A stretch of 64,000 nucleotides of DNA from a bacterium. GTDB lineage: Bacteria; Patescibacteriota; Microgenomatia; JAMCZE01. The position numbers and the translations under genes were made by a program. The DNA is taken from the NCBI GenBank assembly GCA_021836035.1, contig JAKBJL010000004.1, positions 67,841 to 131,840 of the forward strand, read 5' to 3'. Below the pieces are notes generated by a model. The model made no database searches. It worked only from the letters and a program-made list of their open reading frames with translations, and was not told the DNA's origin. Positions 60,663-64,000 of the stretch are shown here, one piece after another. How positions within the stretch are numbered: the stretch's first letter is position 1; each line of letters begins with the position of its first letter.

Positions 60663-60935
60663 TTAGAGACAAATGTTTTGAATACAAACAGGTAGATCGC
60701 CATCTAAATACCACTTTCCACGAAACTCAACTAGCTTAATGGTTTGGCCGGAAGACAGTTGGCACAAACCGTATGTGTCTGTTTTCTTAAGTAGATTTTT
60801 ACAATCTCGAAAAGCATAATAATTCTCAAATGTGCTATGCGCTTTCCGAAGCATAATGGTTTGGCTTATTGCCAAATAAACAACACCTACAACAAAAATG
60901 GTTACCGCAAAAAATATAAGGTGTTTACTTTTCAT
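60663..60935 (-). CDS. Small membrane-anchored hypothetical protein
   Basis: N-terminal TM helix and four Cys residues. Confidence 0.6.
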   Translation of the reverse strand: MKSKHLIFFAVTIFVVGVVYLAISQTIMLRKAHSTFENYYAFRDCKNLLKKTDTYGLCQLSSGQTIKLVEFRGKWYLDGDLPVCIQNICL

Positions 60936-61159
60936 AACTTTATGCTTTTCTGCTTGGTTCAAAAGAATTCGGACAGGGATTAATCATTGCCAGTGATAAA
61001 TTATGTTTTTAGTCGCAGCCAATTACAGCGGTATTTTTTAATCATGTCGTGATAGATTTTATCACAGTCTGGCAGTTTGTGGATTCGTGGTAAAAATGCT
61101 ATAATTTTATGAATTTAGAACGACATAACAGTCTAAATAATAAACTTATTTAAGATAAT

Positions 61160-61996
61160 ATGGCTCGGCTGCGCAGTCCAGAATCTTTTGATGATGAAGT
61201 TCTCACCCGGTTTCCTGAACTGGCTAGGGCCAGAATGCTTTTTGTTGATCTTTTTCAAGATAGAACACCTCTGGTAAATCTTGGTTATTCACCTCGACAA
61301 ATTGAATGGGTAGTTCCCACCCTGAAGTTGATCGAAGGCCCTGGTGAAATAGATACACATCTAAAATTACCCTCCCTTCATTTCTACAGAAATAATGAAG
61401 ATCCCGATTGCGAGAACATGGAAATTTATATGTTGGATAATGGCGGAGGGTATTCAATGAGTGGAGTTCATGATAAGACCATGAGCCGAAGAGAAGTTGA
61501 AAGCGGCAACGATCTTTTATACAGATTTCTTTTTAGCAAAAATCCGGTGCAAATGTATGAGATCTATGGGGGACAAGTGGCAGAGGTAGCTATGTTTAAA
61601 CCCGAAGTGGATACGAACAATTTAAATTATCTGATAGGGGTAGCATTAGCACTAATGTATTACGCTAAACCGGTATTTAAAGACAATGCGTTAGCCAGAT
61701 TGGGTAAAAGAATGAATATAGTGGGTACGTTCTCGGCAACCTGGGTAGATGAGAGAAAAAATGAGTTTGTCATTAAAACAGACATACCTCAAGAACAGTC
61801 TAAACCTGAATATTTTTACTGGAAAAGGTTAAAGTCGTTAATAAACCGAGATGAAGAATTCACACCCTTCGGATCAAAACCCAGTGTTTCTCACCAACAG
61901 GTTGACCGCCTTCTAGCAGCGAAAAAATACAGGATTTTAGAAGGACACCTAGCCCAAGCCGAAAATCGTATCTCTATCGAAGAATACAGAAAATAA
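61160..61996 (+). CDS. Hypothetical protein
   Basis: 278-aa open frame. Confidence 0.65.
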   Translation: MARLRSPESFDDEVLTRFPELARARMLFVDLFQDRTPLVNLGYSPRQIEWVVPTLKLIEGPGEIDTHLKLPSLHFYRNNEDPDCENMEIYMLDNGGGYSMSGVHDKTMSRREVESGNDLLYRFLFSKNPVQMYEIYGGQVAEVAMFKPEVDTNNLNYLIGVALALMYYAKPVFKDNALARLGKRMNIVGTFSATWVDERKNEFVIKTDIPQEQSKPEYFYWKRLKSLINRDEEFTPFGSKPSVSHQQVDRLLAAKKYRILEGHLAQAENRISIEEYRK

Positions 61997-62067
61997 TCTT
62001 AAATATCAGCATAAAGCTGAAGGTAATTGACAGATTTCTGGTAAACTAATTTTGGATATTTAACAAT

Positions 62068-63351
62068 TTGAGGCTACTCAGTGGTTCTGAAATCATCAAC
62101 CAGCGCCTGCTTTTAGTGCCCGAGACGGCACAGGATAATCAGAAGAAAGACCCTAAAAAGATCGACTACCAACCTTTCCTAACCAAAAATGAAGTAAAGC
62201 TGAAAAAAATCGGTATTTACGAAATGCTGACTCAATGGGGCTCTGGAGACCTTGCAAAGGCGTTGGATAAAAGAACATACCATCATCATTTTGTAAGCAC
62301 ATTACGGCTAAATGAAGACTTTCAAAAGATTAAGATGTCCAGAATGATGCTCAACCCTCTAACCTCTAATCAGTTGAGTGAATATGGCAAGAAAAGAATG
62401 GCAGAAATTGGCGAAGAATCGTATACGAAATGGAGGCAAGAACTTGTCGACAAACAGCAAGAAATTATCAGCGAAATAGAACAAAACATTGAACAGATTT
62501 CAGAAAAACTTATCAACCATTTCAAAGTTCCAGCAACACCAATACAATCTGCACCAATTGTGAATAAGTACATGGAGTTTTTAGCCTCAATGGATATTCA
62601 TAACGAAGCCAGTATAAGCAAGATTCCTGCTGACTTGAAACCTTTGATTGATGGTTTTCTTGGAATTGCTGCACAGGAAATTGGAGGCACTCTTCATCTC
62701 CCATATTCAGTTTATCTGGTTGGAAGTTGTGCACGAGGAGAGTTTGTCCCTGGTTGTTCTGACATAAACCTTTATTTCATTATTGATGCTGATACAAACA
62801 CAAACCTCTCAAAGAGTAATCCTCTCCTAAATCTTGTCTTTTTATCAAAGAGGCAATTTCTGTCAGATACACACAAAAAAGATCGTTTTATTTGTTGGTC
62901 TGATGGCGTTCTCCTACATGGCGAAGGTTACAAAATGGATAAAAAAGACTTTCCCAAGCCTGGATCATTACTTTGTTTGCTTCTTAACAGAGGATTCGTT
63001 GAATTACTGGAAGAAATACGAGCCGAAGTCGCTGCCCTGAAAAATCCAGATAAAGATACTTTAAGACAATACAGTATAAAGATGGTAAAGACCATGCTGG
63101 ATTTTGATTTTGGAGTTGCAATGTCTAATAAGCCCTTTTACACAGCCAGCAGAAAAGGGAAAATCGCTTATACAAAAGAATCCTGGCCAAACGAACGCAG
63201 AACAAATACTTTTGAACAGATTTACTACAAGGGAATTGTTCGACAAGAGGATTTTCCGATGGTTATTGATACCTTCCTCGAAAATGCCAAGAAGAACTAT
63301 CAGAAATTACTTACCGTTGAGGCGGAAATTATCAAAGATTCAGACAAGTAG
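62068..63351 (+). CDS. Pol-beta-fold nucleotidyltransferase domain protein (start uncertain)
   Basis: VYLVGSCARGEFVPGCSDINL (GS...DxD-like, second Asp replaced by Asn) followed by a helical domain. Confidence 0.7.
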   Translation: MRLLSGSEIINQRLLLVPETAQDNQKKDPKKIDYQPFLTKNEVKLKKIGIYEMLTQWGSGDLAKALDKRTYHHHFVSTLRLNEDFQKIKMSRMMLNPLTSNQLSEYGKKRMAEIGEESYTKWRQELVDKQQEIISEIEQNIEQISEKLINHFKVPATPIQSAPIVNKYMEFLASMDIHNEASISKIPADLKPLIDGFLGIAAQEIGGTLHLPYSVYLVGSCARGEFVPGCSDINLYFIIDADTNTNLSKSNPLLNLVFLSKRQFLSDTHKKDRFICWSDGVLLHGEGYKMDKKDFPKPGSLLCLLLNRGFVELLEEIRAEVAALKNPDKDTLRQYSIKMVKTMLDFDFGVAMSNKPFYTASRKGKIAYTKESWPNERRTNTFEQIYYKGIVRQEDFPMVIDTFLENAKKNYQKLLTVEAEIIKDSDK

Positions 63352-63353
63352 AC

Positions 63354-63869
63354 TTACTTTTGAACTCTGTAATGTAGTTCAACAATCCCATCGTTTATTT
63401 TTTCAGCCTCGATAAGTTCAAGTGACAATTCAAAGTCAGTGGGGCTAAATACTGGAATACCCTCTCCTAAAATTGAGGGGTTAACGTCTAGGATAACTTC
63501 ATCAATCAAACCTTTTTCTGCAAACGCACTATTTACGGTTGAACCGCCTGTAATTATTGCTTCTTTGAAACCATCAACTTCGAGCATTTTTAATGCATCT
63601 TCTGGAGAGTTGGCCAACACAAAGCCCTCTTTCAGGTCAAGATTTGATTGAGAAATAATTACTTTTTTTACTCCTTCTAGATCTTTGAGATAATCTCCTT
63701 CCCATTTAATAACTGCTTCATACGTCTTTCTTCCCCACATAAAACATCCAACTCTCTTTGCCAATTTAACAAATTGTAACCAGTTGGTGTGTGAGAGAAA
63801 ATCTTCGCTTCCTGTTGTTGAGGCAATAATGCCATTGGCTGAAACCGCCATTGTTAATATTACTTTCAT
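63354..63869 (-). CDS. Dihydrofolate reductase / RibD C-terminal family protein
   Basis: MAVSANGIIA, WGRKTYE, ITGGSTVN, LIDEV...P.ILGEGIPVF. Confidence 0.88.
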   Translation of the reverse strand: MKVILTMAVSANGIIASTTGSEDFLSHTNWLQFVKLAKRVGCFMWGRKTYEAVIKWEGDYLKDLEGVKKVIISQSNLDLKEGFVLANSPEDALKMLEVDGFKEAIITGGSTVNSAFAEKGLIDEVILDVNPSILGEGIPVFSPTDFELSLELIEAEKINDGIVELHYRVQK

Positions 63870-64000
63870 ACTAAAATCCTTCTTTTAATAAAATCTATAA
63901 TCATTTCCACTAATTCTTTCTCTTTACCAGCAAAAACGTGATTTGTACCGTTAATTATGTTTGCTTCTGCAAGTTCATTTTCTGATATTAACAATTCCAC
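63866..64000 (-). CDS. 3' end of a probable alpha/beta hydrolase (partial)
   Basis: Minus frame ends ...IINGTNHVFAGKEKELVEMIIDFIKRRILV*, a typical catalytic-His segment; overlaps the next start codon. Confidence 0.55.
   Translation of the reverse strand: MELLISENELAEANIINGTNHVFAGKEKELVEMIIDFIKRRILV

Overview
Low-GC bacterial chromosomal window. Gene content and style suggest Patescibacteria (CPR), probably Microgenomates; this is inference. The first ~20 kb is housekeeping: holA-like, typA, rplS, dnaE, lexA, uvrB, uvrA, uvrC, secG and an ABC substrate-binding protein. The remainder is accessory DNA interleaved with most of the window's 11 tRNA genes. It includes a surface-protein unit flanked by 113-bp direct repeats, two single-gene cassettes stacked at the tRNA-Gly 3' end, two large-serine-recombinase elements stacked at tRNA-Leu(CAG), IS3 remnants, several pseudogenes and an ArsR/P1B-ATPase cluster. 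The most striking locus is 47202-55925. It holds three intact and one collapsed paralogue of a ~60-aa tandem helical-repeat protein, all ending in the same ANxQIEA[LI] tail. These are followed by an SF2/SNF2-like helicase fused to a class I methyltransferase and a coupled alkylpurine (AAG/MPG)-like glycosylase, making a candidate undescribed modular nucleic-acid targeting or defence system. All calls come from reading motifs by eye; no database searches were run.
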